From Azolla caroliniana (Eukaryota; Plantae; Polypodiophyta): a DNA stretch of 64,000 bases. Below, one piece after another: positions 1-11,767 of this stretch. The notes below the pieces were generated by a model. The model did not search any database. It was not told the origin of the DNA and worked only from the letters and a program-made list of their open reading frames with translations. Position 1 is the first letter of the stretch. Every line of letters begins with the position of its first letter. Both the position numbers and the translations under genes were made by a program. Location of the stretch: contig JBHGNT010000002.1 in NCBI GenBank assembly GCA_043228905.1, forward strand, positions 17,236,001 to 17,300,000, in the 5' to 3' direction.

Positions 1-934
1 GGTCTTAAGAATGAGGTGACTATCACCAGCCAAGAGTTCGCTAGGAGTATTGTTGTAGCCCACATACAGGAGCCTAATTGTATTGAGACTGAGCATACTA
101 GCAACAACATGAGTACCAAAACAACCCACATTTAGGAGATGAGTGATAATTTTTCTATCGACAGTACCTTTGTGGATGTGTGTACAAGCATTGCAGTTGC
201 AGAAAACACAGTTGCTCTCTCAAGCTTGCCACTAGTACAAGGTGCCCGTGCATCCACGCCTGTCTCTGATGCCTCTGATGATGATGTGCCACTTAGTCAG
301 CTGATACCTAAAGGCTTTAAGATAAAGAAGAATGTAAAATCAGAAAAAACTGGCACCAACAACAAGCGCATTACAAGATCAACCAAATTGCCCTCTAGTG
401 CTAGATTGTCTTTCGATTGTACTTGAACTTTAGCTGAACTGTTAGTGATGTCTGAAATTGAACTATTTGGTATACCAAAATACTCTCTCATTTATCTGAA
501 ATAGTTATACCAGTGTCTTTCAATTGTCTTTCGATTGTACTTGAACTTTAACTGAACTTTTAGTGATGTCTGAAATTGAACTATTTGGTATACCAAAATC
601 TAGTAGTTATACGAGTGTGAAATTCTATATTGCCAATTGCAGAGAATGAAAATGTATTCTATTGTTAACTCTTGTAGTGTAATCTGAATTTCTATATTGC
701 TAATTCTGAAATGATCTTTGATGAGGGAGGTACGAATTTCTCACACTCCCAGGTACACTCCCATGCAACCATGACTGTGTTGATTACAAATAAAATTCTA
801 TATTGTTAACTGAGATGGTATATACAATTCGTTATACCAGATGAAGATTTAGAAGACTGGTATATACTGTCATGCAACCGAACTTTACATTAGATGTATG
901 TATCCGTCTAACTGAGATACTTTGGGAGACTACT

Positions 935-1112
935 ATGTATTACTTAATACTTGCAATTGACATTGGGAGACTGCTATGTATTACTTAATACTTGCAATTG
1001 ACATACTTGCAATTGACATTAGTACTAAACTAATATGTATATTGATACTTGTGTTAGTACTAATATGTATATTGATACTTGCGTTAGTACTAATATGTAT
1101 ATTGATACTTGC
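935..1112. repeat. Short degenerate tandem repeats (ATACTTGCAATTGAC and ~30-bp AGTACTAATATGTATATTGATACTTG(C/T)GTT units)
   Basis: Units are directly visible and generate the spurious ILILVLVLIC ORFs. Local direct duplications also occur at ~410-480/528-598 and ~1218-1290/1293-1363. Confidence 0.7.
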
Positions 1113-1541
1113 GAAGTATGGTCTCCTTGAGTGCACATGGTTAGAGTTGAATAATGACTTGAGTGCACACAATAGAGACTTGATAGTTGAATAAGTTTGG
1201 GCCATATTTAGGCTACTAAGTATTCAAGACTTCACACCTTAAACCATAGAAACAAGCAACTCTATAATTACCATAAACACTGACAATACAGAAGTATTGA
1301 AGACTTCACACCTTAAACCATGGAAACAAGCAACTCTATAATTACCATAAACACTTACAATACAAGCTCAATAAATAGTCTCAATACATCAAATATATCG
1401 ATTCATAATACATAATAGAAGAAAGAGGAATTATATCGATTCATTTGTCAATCATCAAAATTAATATATCAATTCATCAAATAGTGAACTACAAGTGGAT
1501 GTTTTTCAGTTTTTTGGTACAATGTATTGATAGGGTGACTT

Positions 1542-2108
1542 TCAAGCATTAAATAGAGAGACCTCCCCTAATATGTGCTCATGAACCTCTTGGGGGACCT
1601 TGTAGACAGTGTTGTATCCCTTAACCTTGTGCTTTGCTTGAGTCATATTGAATTTGATCGCAAGAATGACATCAACGTAGATTATTGTGATCGGTGCTTC
1701 TTTTAGTAATGCATATGTGTTCTTGCACTACGACAACTTTGCATAATAGTTTCCATACACGACAGACTCACCAAGGTTGCAATTGTTGCCCCAGCCATCC
1801 CTCACCACTTTTTTCAATAATGTCTTTCCTTGCTTGCACACCACAATGTAGTAGTCTTCTAAATCTTCATTCCGAGGAGATTTGAGCACTGCAAAATGAT
1901 CTCCAACTTCCAATAAAACTGCCATGTCTTGATGTTGGTTGTAGTATACAATATCGTTTGAATGTGCATCCTCTTCAATATCATCTTGTCGTTCAGGCTC
2001 AAGCTTCTACAACTTCCAGGGCTCGACAATTGATAGGTTGATGCATTTATCCCAAGCTTCATCTATACACATGGAACAAAAGCATGATAAAGTACGGAGT
2101 AACAATTG
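1542..2108 (-). pseudogene. C-terminal fragment of a probable DNA-transposase-like protein (possibly Sola/HGKG-type), two in-frame stops, cut by the LTR at 2109
   Basis: One frame reads LLRTLSCFCSMCIDEAWDKCINLSIVEPWKL*KLEPE...LEVGDHFAV...DYYIVVC...DGWGNNC...GNYYAKLS*CKNTYALL...KFNM...VYKVPQEVHEHILGEVSLFNA*. The family is recalled from similar bryophyte/fern proteins and is not verified. Confidence 0.4.
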
Positions 2109-2938
2109 TGTTGTGTCCTTGCGGCTAAACCCTAATACACAATGGCTGTTGCGTGTGCCTTTCATGATGTCGTGAAGAATTTCGGCCAGAGGCGGAAACC
2201 GGGAAACATTGGCTACATCGGCGGGGTGCTGCGTGTGTACGCACTCGTGTACATTTATTGTGAATATCGAGGGCGCCTTTATGGCACCGAAGAGTGGTCA
2301 GGTCGGGGATAGACGATCCCATGTAAGTCGGGATTATCCCACATTGTAACGCATCCCCTTCCTTGTTCTATAAAAGGAAGGGAACGCCCTTTGTGTAAGG
2401 GTTGCCCATTTTGCATTAGAGGGTATACCGTTAGGTTTAGAGTTAGGTTCTTCTTCTTCTTCTTCTCCTTCTTCATGTTTTGCTTAGGGTTTTCTTTGGT
2501 TCGGCCTCCTGTGCAAGACCCCGCTCGGCGCGACGAGCTGAGAGCTCCCCGACGGCGGCTTGACAGCAGACGACTACTGTAACCTACCTCAGTCCGGGTC
2601 GACGCCGGGAATGTATTCTTCCCTTTATATGTATATATATATATATACATTTGTCTGTGTATATTCGCGTCGTTGTTGGCATCGGGTGCCTACCCTTTCC
2701 TGCGTTTTCCGTACATAAGGCGTGAGTCGGGGTGGGCTGTGTGTGCGTGTGTGTGCGTGTGTGTGCGTGGGTCAGTGTTAAGCACGCTCTCTCTCTCTCT
2801 CCCTTCGGTCGCTTCCGGTGTGCTTCTAGGATGCCCCGGAAATAGTGAAGCACGACTTCTTACGCTCCGTCGCTCCCTAGTCCAAGACCCCCGTGGTCCC
2901 GCCTTTCCCCACGCACGCACGTAACAACGTGACATATT

Positions 2939-2956
2939 TGGTGAACCCGACGTGAA
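2939..2956 (+). promoter_or_regulatory. Primer-binding site, tRNA-Trp
   Basis: TGGTGAACCCGACGTGAA is the complement of the plant tRNA-Trp 3' end (...TTCACGTCGGGTTCACCA). Confidence 0.85.
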
Positions 2957-2971
2957 TGGCGGCAAGGGAGG

Positions 2972-3925
2972 ATGGAGTCGGAAGACGACGACCTTGCGGA
3001 GATGGTGGCCGAAGTGGTGTTGGAGTCGGCACGAGTGGTGATGAGGCGAGAAGCAGCGCTACAAGTGGTTGAGTGAGTGGTCGAAAGAGTCGGCCGTTTC
3101 AACGGGGACAAAGTCCCATCTTACTTGGAAGCCTTCAACGCGGAAATGGAGGGGCGTGGCGTAGACGAGGCGTTGAGGCTGGAATTCTTCTGTCGTGTCA
3201 TAGCGGTCTGGATGCATGCGGAAGTAAAGGAGCTCCGTGAGGCTCATGGTTCGTGGGAGGCCTTCGAAGAGGCGCTCCTGAAGGCATACGGAGGACAGGG
3301 GAAGAGCCGGGGACGACACGACTTCGACCAATGGGTAGCATCGGCAAAGACCCACCGGGGCACGACGAAGGCGTTCCGATAGTTCGAGCGACGGCTTGCT
3401 CGGCTCCCGGAGCGGGAACAAGGTTTGGTGGGGGCGGACAAAGTCCTTTTGTTTGTCAGGTCGATCGACCAAGCGGAACGGGAAGCCATCGGAATTGAGC
3501 TCGAAGACGATGATGGAGTGAATGGGCTTACGGAGGACTGGTCGAAGGTCGGAAGGGTGTGCCAACGGCTAGATGATGAGCGAGCTGAGAGGGCTAAGAG
3601 GAAGGGACGCGACGGCGTGCCATCACAGCGGGAAGAGGCCGAACGACAAAGAGAGTCGGCAAGGGTCGGCGTTGGGGCCAGGATTGCGGAGGCGTACGAA
3701 GCTCTCAAAGCGATGCTCGAGGAAGAAGGAAGATCGAGGCCGGAAGCCGAGACCGAGGAGACGGACTTGCCCCACGCGACGGCGGAAGATCGGTACGACG
3801 GTACGACGGGAGAGGGTGCGGAACGAAACGCCGTCTCGACTTGCGGAGAGAGAACGGCCAAGGACGAGGCCGAGATACAAATTGCAGAACCGGAACGTTG
3901 GGACCAGCGGTTTCGGGCGTGTTAG
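2972..3925 (+). pseudogene. Gag-like protein of element A with premature stops
   Basis: MESEDDD...GRFNGDKVPSYLEAFNAEM...WEAFEEALLKAY...FDQWV, resembling the element B ORF N-terminus (GQFDGKDVSRYL...WESFEEAI). In-frame stops near 3074 and 3380. Confidence 0.65.
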
Positions 3926-4807
3926 CCCGAGATCCCGGTCATTGAAGAAGCAAGCCCAGACGGGGCTTGCGCGATCGGTAAGAAGTCGACCACCGACCAT
4001 GGAGAGCCGGTGGCTACGGACAAGGGCGTAAAACGGATGGGCGATTCCTTGGGTCTTCCCACACTTGCTCCCGAGACGATGGCAGTCGGGCCCGAGTGCC
4101 CACGTGAGTCCCAAGCGGAGGAAAGCGGCGGCGAAGGGCCAAGAATCACCGGCGAGATGATTCGGGGAAGGAGCGGACGAAAGCCCACGGACCCGATTCC
4201 GGAGAACTTGGCATTCGGGCCCGTATGCCCATGTAAGACCGAGGAGATGGATGGCGGTACCGAGGAGTCCTGGCACGATGCCAGCGAAGACGGATGGGAA
4301 ACGGCCTGCGAGAAGGCTAGGGACGGACACGGCACGATGAGATTGGCATTCCGATACGGAAGGAGCGTAATCCGATCGTGGATTGTTCGATCGGGGCCGG
4401 ACTCAGCATAAAGGTGCCGATACGGGAGAGGGTGCGGGACGAGCCGCCCTCTTTTACATGGGGAGAAAGACCGACCGGGCGAAGGTCGAGATTTGGAAAG
4501 AGAATGAAGCCGGTTCTATGGGATTCCTTACACCGATCCGGTTGCAGGCCCGAGTGCCGGCGTGAGTCCTATAAGAGAAGACAGTGGCGACAGGAGAACG
4601 AGACTCGGCAATCCGGAGAAGGACGAACGGACCCGGACGAGAACCGGGCGGAGCAGACTCCCGGACGACCATTCCGGGAGGGAGGAAGAGAGCAGGCCTA
4701 CGAAGAGGCCGAGGACACGGTACGTCGGTACCACGGGAGAGGGTGCGGAGTAAACCACCCTCTCGGCATGCGGAAAAGGACTACCCGGGACAGGGTCGGG
4801 AATACAA

Positions 4808-5108
4808 ATGGGCGGCCTACGGAGGATCCTCCACACCAGTTCTAGAGACTTTGGCAGTCGGCAACGCGATCGACATAAGACCAAGATACTGACGGTGGCG
4901 GCGAGGTGACGAAGGCAAGGGCTACGGATGGGCGGCCTACGGAGGATCCTCCACACCGGTTCTAGAGACTTCGGCAGTCGGCAACGCGGTCGACATAAGA
5001 CCAAGATACTGACGGTGGCGGCGAGGTGACGAAGGCAAGGGCTACGGATGGGCGGCCTACGGAGGATCCACCACACTAGTTCTAGAGACTTCGGCAGTCG
5101 GCAACGCG
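4808..5108 (+). repeat. 120-bp tandem repeat, ~2.5 copies, inside element A
   Basis: ATGGGCGGCCTACGGAGGATCC...GGCAGTCGGCAACGCG recurs at 4808, 4928 and 5048. Confidence 0.9.
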
Positions 5109-5116
5109 GCAGCAAG

Positions 5117-6366
5117 CATGGACCTCGAGGTAGAGCAAGTGGACGTCAAGACGACATTCCTACATGGAGACCTCGAAGAAGAGATCTACATGCATCAACC
5201 GAAAGGATTTGAGAAGAAAGGGAAGGAGCACCTGGAGTGCCGGCTGAAGAAGAGCTTATACGGACTGAAGCAAGCTCCCCAACAATGGTACCAGAAGTTC
5301 GACTCCTTCATGACCGACCAAGGGTACCACAAGACGCATGCCGATCACTGAATGTTTGTGAAGAAATTTGACGGAGGAGATTTCGTGATACTTCTCCTAT
5401 ATGTGGATGATATGAAAATTGTCGGACGAGACCAAGGCAAGATTCAGATGCTGAAGAAGGCTCTAAACCGGACCTTCTCAATGAAAGACTTGGGTTCGGA
5501 AAGATAGATATTGGGAATGCACATCATCCGGGACTGGTCGAAGAAGCTGTTGTGGTTGTCACAGGAGAAGTACGTGACAAAGGTGCTTTAATGGTTCAAC
5601 ATGTCGAAGGCGAAACCGGTTGGATCGACACTTCCGGCAAACTCCAAGATATCCGGAAAACAAAGCCAGAGGACAAAGGCGAAGAAGATGGATATGATGA
5701 AGATTCCATATGCTTCTGCCGTTGGAAGCTTGATGTATGCGATGGTATGTATCCGGCCGGATATCGGATATGCTGTAGGAGTGGTGAGCCAGTTCATGAG
5801 CAATCCCAGAAGAGAGAATTGGAACGCGGTCAAGTGGATACTCCAGTATCTAAAAGGTACCTCGAGTATGTGCCTCCTGAAAACCCCAACTTGATGGTTT
5901 CACAGATTCGGATATGTCTGTTGATGCGGATACCAGCCGGTCTACATCTGGATATGTCATGACTTATGCAGTGGGAGTTGTTTTGTGGCAGTCGAGGTTG
6001 CAGAAGATGGTTGCATTGTCAACCACGGAGGCGGAGTACATGGTAGTTGTGGAAGCCGGCAAGGAGATAATCTGGATGAAGGACTTCATCGGAGAGTTAG
6101 GGATTCAACATCAGGAATACCGGCTCAACTGCGACAGTGAAAGTGCCATCCACCTTGCAAAGAATGCGGCCTACCATTCCCGGACGAAACATATCTAGCG
6201 GAGGTACCACTGGATTCGGGAGAGAGTAGAAGATCAAGAGTTCGTGTTGATGAAGATCCACACAAAGGAGAACGGGTCAGATATGTTGACCAAGGTGTTG
6301 ACAACCGACAAGCTGGACGCGTGCCGAAAGCAAATTGGGCTGACGAGACATCCCATGTCGGAGTGA
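5117..6366 (+). pseudogene. Copia element C: RT-RNase H fragment (Tork-like), with stops and frameshifts
   Basis: QVDVKTTFLHGDLEEEIYM, LKKSLYGLKQAP, LYVDDM, PYASAVGSLMY, ALSTTEAEY, HSRTKHI. PPT GAGTGAAGGGGGGGA at 6361-6375. Confidence 0.9.
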
Positions 6367-6877
6367 AGGGGGGGATTGTTCGGAAATCGGTCCCTCCGGA
6401 TGGGATCCGGTTATGAATGAAGAGGACCCGGTGAGAACCGGAAGAGAAGACATATTTGTAAGTATGTCTTTTGAGTAAGCCTATTGTCAGAACCAAGGAT
6501 AAAAGATAGAGTGATGGAAGAAGGATAGAGAAGAATGGATGTATAAGATAGAGAAAGAAAGAGAATGGATACAAGATATGTAATGAGAGCTAAAGACTGG
6601 TGTTGATTCGAATTGATTTGAGAATACATGTATGCGCTTATTTATAGGTTCCTATAGAATAGCTTAGAGATTTCTAGAATGTTCTAGAATGTTCTAGACC
6701 TAGAATGCTCTAGGACATTCTAGAACATTCTAGAATAATCTAGAGTTTTTACAATAATCAATGTAATACAAGAAGTAGCTTTTATTATTTCATATAACAA
6801 TAAGCTATCTTAATGGTTGAGGTTTTCAAGTATGAATTACAAGGTTCGAGGTTCAAGTCCGGGTGACACCATAATGG

Positions 6878-9800
6878 TCATGTGTTCATGACACTATCCC
6901 TCCTTCGAGAACGCCGAGTGGAAGTCGGCGTTAACATTGTTGGGCCGGGATTGTTTGGATAGTGACGATGGAAGTCGTTTACCAGAGCTTCAGCATTACA
7001 AACGTTATCGATGGGTTCCCAAGTGCGATCACTCGGAGGATAACCAAGGCAATCAACTAGATAATAAAGCTTATTGCGCACAATCTTAGAATCGAGAATA
7101 GCAGCTACCTCGTATTCGGGGTCGTCCACAAGTTGTACAGAAGGCGGTGGTGGCACGACACGATCAGGAATTAAAGAGGTGTGGCAAGGTTCCAAAAGAG
7201 AGCTATGAAAGACAGGGTGAAGCCGCATATGTGCAGGAAGGTTAAGACGAAATGTTGCATCATTAATCTGCGCCGTGATGACAAAAGGACCTAAGCGTTG
7301 ATAGTCAAGCTTAGCACACGGTCGGGTAGTCTTGATGTGACGACGAAGCAACCATACACGGTCACCAACCTTAAATGGAGACTTAAGACGATGTCGATCG
7401 GCATTGGTCTTATGGTGTGCTTGCACTTTCTGAAGATGTGACGATAACTCGAACTGGATTTGTTGTAGTCGGTGGAGGTGATGCGCCGCACTAGGGTTTC
7501 GTGACACCTCGGGAAGATCCAGTATACACCATCGAGGGTGGTTGCCGGTGTAGGCAAAGAAAGGTGTAACTTTGGTAGAAGAGTGGACCGTGTTGTTGTA
7601 TGCAAACTCAGCAAGATGTAAAATCTTACTCCAATCATCTTGTTGATAACTAATGAAACATCGAAGATATTGCTCGAGCGTTTGATTTGTGCGCTCTGTT
7701 TGTCCGTCAGTTTGTGGATGATAAGCCGAAGAGAGTTTGCAAGAGATTTTGAGGCCTACCCATAGGTGCTTCCAAAAGTGTGAGATAAATTGAGGACCTC
7801 GATCGCTAATAATATCATTCGGGAGACCATGATGGTGAAACACTTCACGCATAATGAGATTTGCAGTTTCTTCACTATTGATGGTCTTTACACATGGTAC
7901 AAAATGTGCCATCTTGGTGAACCGATCCACTACTGTTAAAATAGTATCAAAGCCTTTGGAAGGTGGCAGATCCGTAATGAAATCCATAGAAATAGACTAC
8001 CATGGCTTGTTGGGAGGGGGTAATGGTTGTAGTAAGCCATAAGGGTGATGCCGGGGTATTTTGGCGCGACAGCAGGTGTCACAAGTGCGAACATAATCTT
8101 CGACAAATTTTTGCAAGTGAGGCCACCAAAACGAACGTTTCACCAACTCAATGGTCCTAAATACCAAAATGTCCAGCCATGGGGGCATCATGACAATGTT
8201 CCAACACTTGAAGTCGGGGTGATCCGTCGGGGACGTAAAGGAGATTCTTATAGAAGAGTAAACCATCTTGCCACTTGAAGTCCTTGTAATGTTGAGATGA
8301 CCCTGGCAATGTGGAGCAAGATGGATGACTTGAACCACAGTGGGCTAAGACATCCTTAGCAAAATCACCCGAATGAAGTTGTTGCCGAATAGTGTCAAGA
8401 AGGGTAGAATCAAGTGGTGTGGCATAAATTGTTGTTACCTGTAGCTTTGATGGCCCGAGGAGAGTTTGCTTTTGATTGTCAAAGGCCGGATCTCCAGGTC
8501 GAAGTGCTAGATACGAACGCCGAGACAGAGCATCTGCTTTCCCTTGTTGTTTTCCGGGGCAAAAATTGATCTTGAAATCGAAACGCGTTAGAAATTGGGC
8601 CCACCGAGCTTGTCGTCTATTTAATACTCGAGTTGTTTGAAAATATGTGAGATTTTTGTGATCACTATAAATGATAATCTGATGAGGTGATCCTTCTAGA
8701 AAATGACGCCATTGCTCGAATGAGTCGACCACAGCTAGTAACTCCTTGTCATGCACCTCATAGTTTATCTCCGAAACAGTAAACTTTCTCGAGTGAAACG
8801 CGACTGGATGTATCTGCCCGTCCTTGCCTGGTTGCGATAGGATACTCCCCAATGCAAAGTCTGATGCATCCGCCTCAATAGTAAATGGCTTTTTAGGATC
8901 AATATGTGCTAGGATGGGTGCTGATGTGAATGCCTCTTTTAGTTGCATAAAAGCCTTGTCCGCTTCGATACTCCAAAAAAATGCTTGATTTTTCTTGGTG
9001 AGTTGAGTAAGGGGCAACACAATGCTTGAATAATTATGTATGAATTTGCGATAGAAGTTCGCAAATCCGAGGAAACATTGGACATCCCGAACTGAGCATG
9101 GGGGTTTCCATTCCAATATTGTTTGGACTTTTGCCGGGTCCATGAAAACACCCTGGGATGAAATAGTGTACCCCAAAAATTCGACTTGTTTGCAATCAAA
9201 ACTGCATTTCTCAAGTTTGGCGTAAAGACCATACTTCCTTAGGTGTTCAAGTACTTGCCGCACATGTATATCATGCTCCCCCTGTGTTTTAGAGTAAATC
9301 AATAGATCATCTAGGTAGATGATTAGAAAAATATCCAAGAAATCCCGGAAGATGTCATTTGCCATATTTTGGAATACGGCAGGTGCAATTGTGAGCCCGA
9401 AAGGCATGACTGTATACTCGAAATGACCATACCGAGTACGAAATGTTGTTTTCCACTCATCTCCTGGCCGAATTCGAACAAGATTATATGCACCCCTTAG
9501 ATCAATTTTGGTAAAATGCTTTGCCCCACCAATGTGTTCTAAGAGATTGGAGATTAAAGGTAAAGCATACCTATTCCTTATGGTGACTTTATTTAAGCCT
9601 CGATAGTCCACGACCAAACGAAGGGAGTCGTCCTTTTTCTTCACAAAAAAGATAGGAGCACCAACTGGAGACTTTGAATGTCGAATAAACCCATGTGCAA
9701 GATTTTCCTCGATGTATTCTCGAAGAACCTCAAGCTCAATGGGTGATAAATTGTAAATCGGACCCCACGGAGGCTCTTTTCCTGGTTGGAGATCAATAGA

Positions 9801-10544
9801 ACAGTCGTACGGCCGATGCTTTGGAAGAACACTAGCTTTGACTTTGTCGAAAACATCAGCATAGTCTTGATATTTTTGGGGAATTTGGATGTCTGAATTC
9901 CCTTGAGTGACACTAGAAGGTGTCAATGATACTGCAAATAAGAAAAGGTCCTCCTTGCCTCCCATTTGGTGCAATTGTTGCAATGTGATGGCTGAAATTT
10001 GATGAGAAGGATATGGTGCATCGGTAGAACTATATACTTTGGGAGGATAATCCCGAGTTCGATCCTTGACAATGATATTTTTTGCTAAAGGGCACCTAAT
10101 TTCTCGCTTCCTCCAATCGATTCTAGGGTTATGTAGCTCGAACCATGGCAAACCGAGGACAATTGGATGCTCAGGACTACGGATTATGTTAAAGGAAACT
10201 ACACATCCTAAATCACCCAAGAGTATGTGTATTGGCTCAGACTCTTCAAATATCTTCCCGGAAGCTATGGGGCGTCCATCAATCACTACTACGGAAACTG
10301 GACAAGGAAGTGTATGCAAGGATATTTGGTGTTTTTGGGCAAAATCTCTATCCATGAAACAAGAATTGGCTCCAGTATCTAAGAGGGCTTGGACTTGAAG
10401 TTGACAACTGGGTGTCCTAACTTGTACTAGGGCTGAGAAGACTCTACTAACATGCTTGGAAGAAATGGAACCCACACTAGGTTGTACATATCTAGGGTTG
10501 TCCAACCAAATGGCTCCTATTTTGGCCGGACTTATTCGTTTGAC
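6878..10544 (-). pseudogene. pol: Tcn1-like pol: PR-RT-RH-INT-chromodomain, with a frameshift near 8170-8200 and a stop at 7997
   Basis: LLDTGAN, YLDDLL, EADASDFALG, HDAPMAGH...CDTC, MDFITDLP, SDRGPQF, GPF, EYEVAAILDS...TWEP. Confidence 0.9.
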
Positions 10545-11695
10545 TCCTCTTCTAATTGGCTTAGGACTTCAAATTTATTGGACAAGGGTGGATTATTCAT
10601 AATATTAGATTCACTAACTACTTCTAAAATGTTGGACTCATTTTTATTGTCATAGTGAATTTGATTTACCTGACGTCTCGGCCTACGGGAGCAATGAATG
10701 GTTATATGTCCTGGACCTCCACAATATAAGCACAGATGGTTTGCTCAACGACGTTGCTTCTCTTCGTCTGACAACGGTCCTCGTCATTGAGTCATATCGA
10801 TCTCCATGGGTGTAGGACTATCCATTGGGACTGGACTACGTGTTTGCCTTGGAGTTGGAGCAGGGCTATACATTTGCCTTGGGGATGATTGCGTCGTTAC
10901 TGATGCATAAGTTGGTGTGAATCTAGATCTTGTTATTTGTTGTTGTCGCTCACATCGACGCTCAAAAAGGCGATTATCACACCGTATTGCTCGACTAATA
11001 GCTTCTGTAAGTGACCTTGGATCCTCGGGGAAGGTAAGAAGTAAGTCTTTGACATCACTACGAAGGCCTGAACGGAATTGCTCCATTAGGGCTAGTTCAT
11101 CCCAAGGAATATCGCTTGCGATGAGACGGAAATTGGCAGTATATGTTGAAGCTGGTTGATCACCTTGACGAAGTGTACGAATCTTGTTGATAGATGTTCT
11201 CGCCCCATCAGTATCTCCGAAACAAGCCTTAAATTCCTTGATAAATTCCTCGAAATTATTCAGTAGAGGAGAATTGGTCTCTAGCAATGGAGCAAACCAC
11301 GACAACGCTATGCCAGTCAATAAAGTGCCCACTAGCCCGACTCGTGATGCATCTGTTGGATAACGTGCAGGATGCATTTGAATCACCAACCGTACTTGAT
11401 TCAAAAAACCTCGGAAATGCGCCCTCGACCCATCAAATTTAGCTGGGAGGCTAATTTTGGGCTCCTTGATAAGTCCCTGACCTTCAACCCTTTGTTGTTG
11501 TAACACGATGATTGTTGACTCTAACTGTTGCACTCGTCGCGTGAACTCCTCTTGTTGTTGTTGCTTCTCTATAGTAACCTTTTGTAGATCCCCAAGTAGA
11601 CGTTGATTCTCTACTTCAAGAGATGCGAACTTGGATTTAAGGTTCTCCATTTCTGCAACAAGGGTGAGATATTCTTCTGAGTTAATGGCAGCCAT
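10532..11695 (-). pseudogene. gag: Tcn1-like gag (coiled coil, capsid, CCHC knuckle), two TGA stops at 10784 and 10745 (probably from CGA)
   Basis: EPKISLPAKFDG...ALMEQFRSGL...PTPMEID...LCLYCGGPGH; natural stop TAA at 10532-10534. Confidence 0.85.
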
Positions 11696-11720
11696 GGTTT
11701 CAGGATGGTTACAAAGGAGG

Positions 11721-11767
<47 letters not shown>

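Larger units (their letters stand above)
2109..5116 (+). mobile_element. Element A: 3'-truncated Gag-only Ty3-type LTR element (Phygy-like, tRNA-Trp PBS), relative of element B
   Basis: LTR ~2109-2934 (TGTTGTG...CGTGACA), PBS 2939-2956, decayed Gag from ~2972, acidic repeat region. It abuts Copia RT at ~5117 and has no second LTR. Confidence 0.7.

Noticed and set aside
139-426. 95-aa ORF at window start
   Set aside because: Low-complexity with no recognisable domain; it may be the tail of a decayed gene extending left of the window.
11724-11763. (GA)n/(CT)n, (TA)n and (GT)n tracts
   Set aside because: Ordinary microsatellites common in plant LTRs and leaders; length differences between LTR pairs reflect slippage.
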